Shown here: positions 62,601 through 64,000 of the stretch, one piece after another
Layout of the letters: each line of letters begins with the position of its first letter
Numbering within the stretch: position 1 is the first letter of the stretch
NCBI GenBank assembly: GCA_963924565.1
Contig: OZ004615.1
Span: 6,386,001 to 6,450,000 of the forward strand
Reading direction: 5' to 3'
Length of the DNA: 64,000 bases
From: Ascidiella aspersa
Taxonomy: Eukaryota
The notes under the pieces: generated by a model
Database searches by the model: none
The model's input: the letters and a program-made list of their open reading frames with translations, nothing else
What the model was told of the DNA's origin: nothing
Translations under genes and position numbers: made by a program

Positions 62601-62684
62601 TTCGCCAAGAAGCTCTACAAGTCCATGAAGGGCCTGGGAACCAAAGATCACGCGCTTATTAGGATCATCGTCTCTCGTTCGGAG
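56547..62684 (+). CDS. annexin gene C, short Gln-rich N-terminus; last exon not in the window
   Basis: join(56547-56661,57370-57464,59800-59934,60345-60494,61625-61795,62496-62684); LKGAGTDE, VSGLGTKE, GVKKWGTDE, MKGLGTKD; same core intron positions as A and B. Confidence 0.92.
57370..57464 (+). CDS. annexin C exon
   Basis: GTDEDVVIAIIGRTSNSQRQEIK...FGR. Confidence 0.92.
59800..59934 (+). CDS. annexin C exon
   Basis: DLVDDIKSDLSGHFE...GLGTKES. Confidence 0.92.
60345..60494 (+). CDS. annexin C exon
   Basis: VLIEILLTRSN...SDTSGHFRHFLVSLVN. Confidence 0.92.
61625..61795 (+). CDS. annexin C exon
   Basis: AARDE...AGVKKWGTDEETFNCIM. Confidence 0.92.
62496..62684 (+). CDS. annexin C exon
   Basis: EDIVKSIQCEFSGD...MKGLGTKDHALIRIIVSRSE. 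Confidence 0.92.
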
Positions 62685-64000
62685 GTACGTTATGGTAGCC
62701 TTAATTTTTGTGCTGGATTTATTCGAGCGGTTCCAAACGAAGGGTGAAAGTAAGCCGCAACGGTCCAGAAAGTCGTTCTGGTCAAATTATTTATGCAAAT
62801 ACGCCGTATTGTTAATTGTTCGATGCCAGATCGACATCATCTTGAGAAAGACCTTTCGATACGAGCTTGTATCATCTTCAGTTAATCTGACTGAGAAGTA
62901 ACTCAAGCTTCACTTATAAATGATGGGAAGTAATTGTTATCAGTCTAAGTTTATATTTTTTCACTAAATATAACAAAAATATTAGATTCTATGACATTAC
63001 TAGTTTAAGATGTCACGTTATAACGTAACTTTGTGACGTCATCTTAAAAAAGATTTCATCGTTTCGGTAAGAAATTTTTTCTACTCTCACCCCTGCTCCA
63101 AGCTATTTATGAGTGGTGCCCCATGGGCTAACACTCCGTGGCCCCTTAACTAATATATACTCGTGACTCCCCAAAGACTGCTCCGTGCCTATACTGGGTA
63201 GACGATGGCGATGATGAAGAAACAGTTGAAAAACCCTGGCGTATCGTTAACGATATGTAAAAAGCCAATGCGCCGTTGATTTTGTCTGAGTTCGGCCGTT
63301 GTTTTCGGATCCAAGTGATACGAACTCGGATTGAGACTGAGACTGCTGCAATGCAACCAGTGTTCCCTCTAAGAAAATTTTCTACTGCGCAAATATTTCT
63401 TGAAGTGCGCAAGAATATTTTTGTGGTGCGCAAGAATATTTTAAGGCTGCGTTGGCAGGGGTTTGCGGCAGATCATTATTTTTTGTATTGGGGCGAGGAG
63501 TGAAACTTTTAAACGTGACGTCACAAAGCGTGACGACATGAAACAAGGATATGGAAAACAATGCGATCGCGCGAAAAAAAAATCCGAATATTTGGTTTAA
63601 ATTCACAAAATGTTTAATTTTGCAAACACAATGCGTGATGCTTTTTTCGCGCACAATCAAAAATCACAAACTATCCTCTCATTTGCATTTATCAAGATGA
63701 TTTTGTCACTTTGTGAAGGCGCCATTATTGACCCCGCAGCTGTATCTGCACCTAAATCGTGTAAAAACTGTAATTGTGTTAATACATTTACTTCCTTAAA
63801 ATAAATTTCGGTTTTATGATCCCGAATTATTGTCAAACACTCCACTGCTATGTTCGGTCTTTCGATTTTCCTGAGTAGACATTTAATTCTACGTGAGATA
63901 AAAAAAACATACACAGCATGGAAGATAAAACCGATTAGACAAAGTAATTTATTACGTCACAATCGTCAATGCCAATTTGAGTTATTTACTTTTAGGTACA

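Noticed and set aside
62830-62901. Candidate last exon of annexin C (IDIILRKTF...*)
   Set aside because: Follows an AG in phase 0 but lacks the DTSGDY motif and the 123-nt size; the real last exon is probably beyond 64000.

Overview
Eukaryotic, intron-rich, AT-rich genomic DNA from an invertebrate animal. An ascidian/tunicate is plausible (inferred from frequent TGACGTCA words, the MITE content and mosaic CpG depletion; not proven). Most ORFs in the supplied track are exon read-throughs or spurious. I reconstructed the genes by hand from GT(GC)-AG boundaries and reading phase. (1) 672-~20740 (+): the 3' part of a large extracellular mosaic protein. Twenty phase-consistent exons (3732 nt, 1244 open codons) read EGF-EGF-CCPx3-Pro/Thr linker-TSP1-C-type lectin-EGF-EGF-CCPx10. 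This is selectin-like, with an atypical lectin domain and recent internal duplications. (2) ~24.2-27.3 kb (+): an orphan or decayed secreted-protein locus interrupted by a hAT element. (3) 29674-62684+ (+): three tandem annexin genes with identical core intron positions. Two are long GYPP-tailed ANXA7/ANXA11-like genes (539 and 542 aa); the third is short-tailed and runs off the window. Introns carry many hAT-type MITEs, foldback elements, tRNA-derived SINE pieces, a Penelope-type inverted repeat with hammerhead-ribozyme cores on both strands, and an antisense LDL-receptor class A fragment. All coordinates and counts were made by eye and may be off by a few bases.
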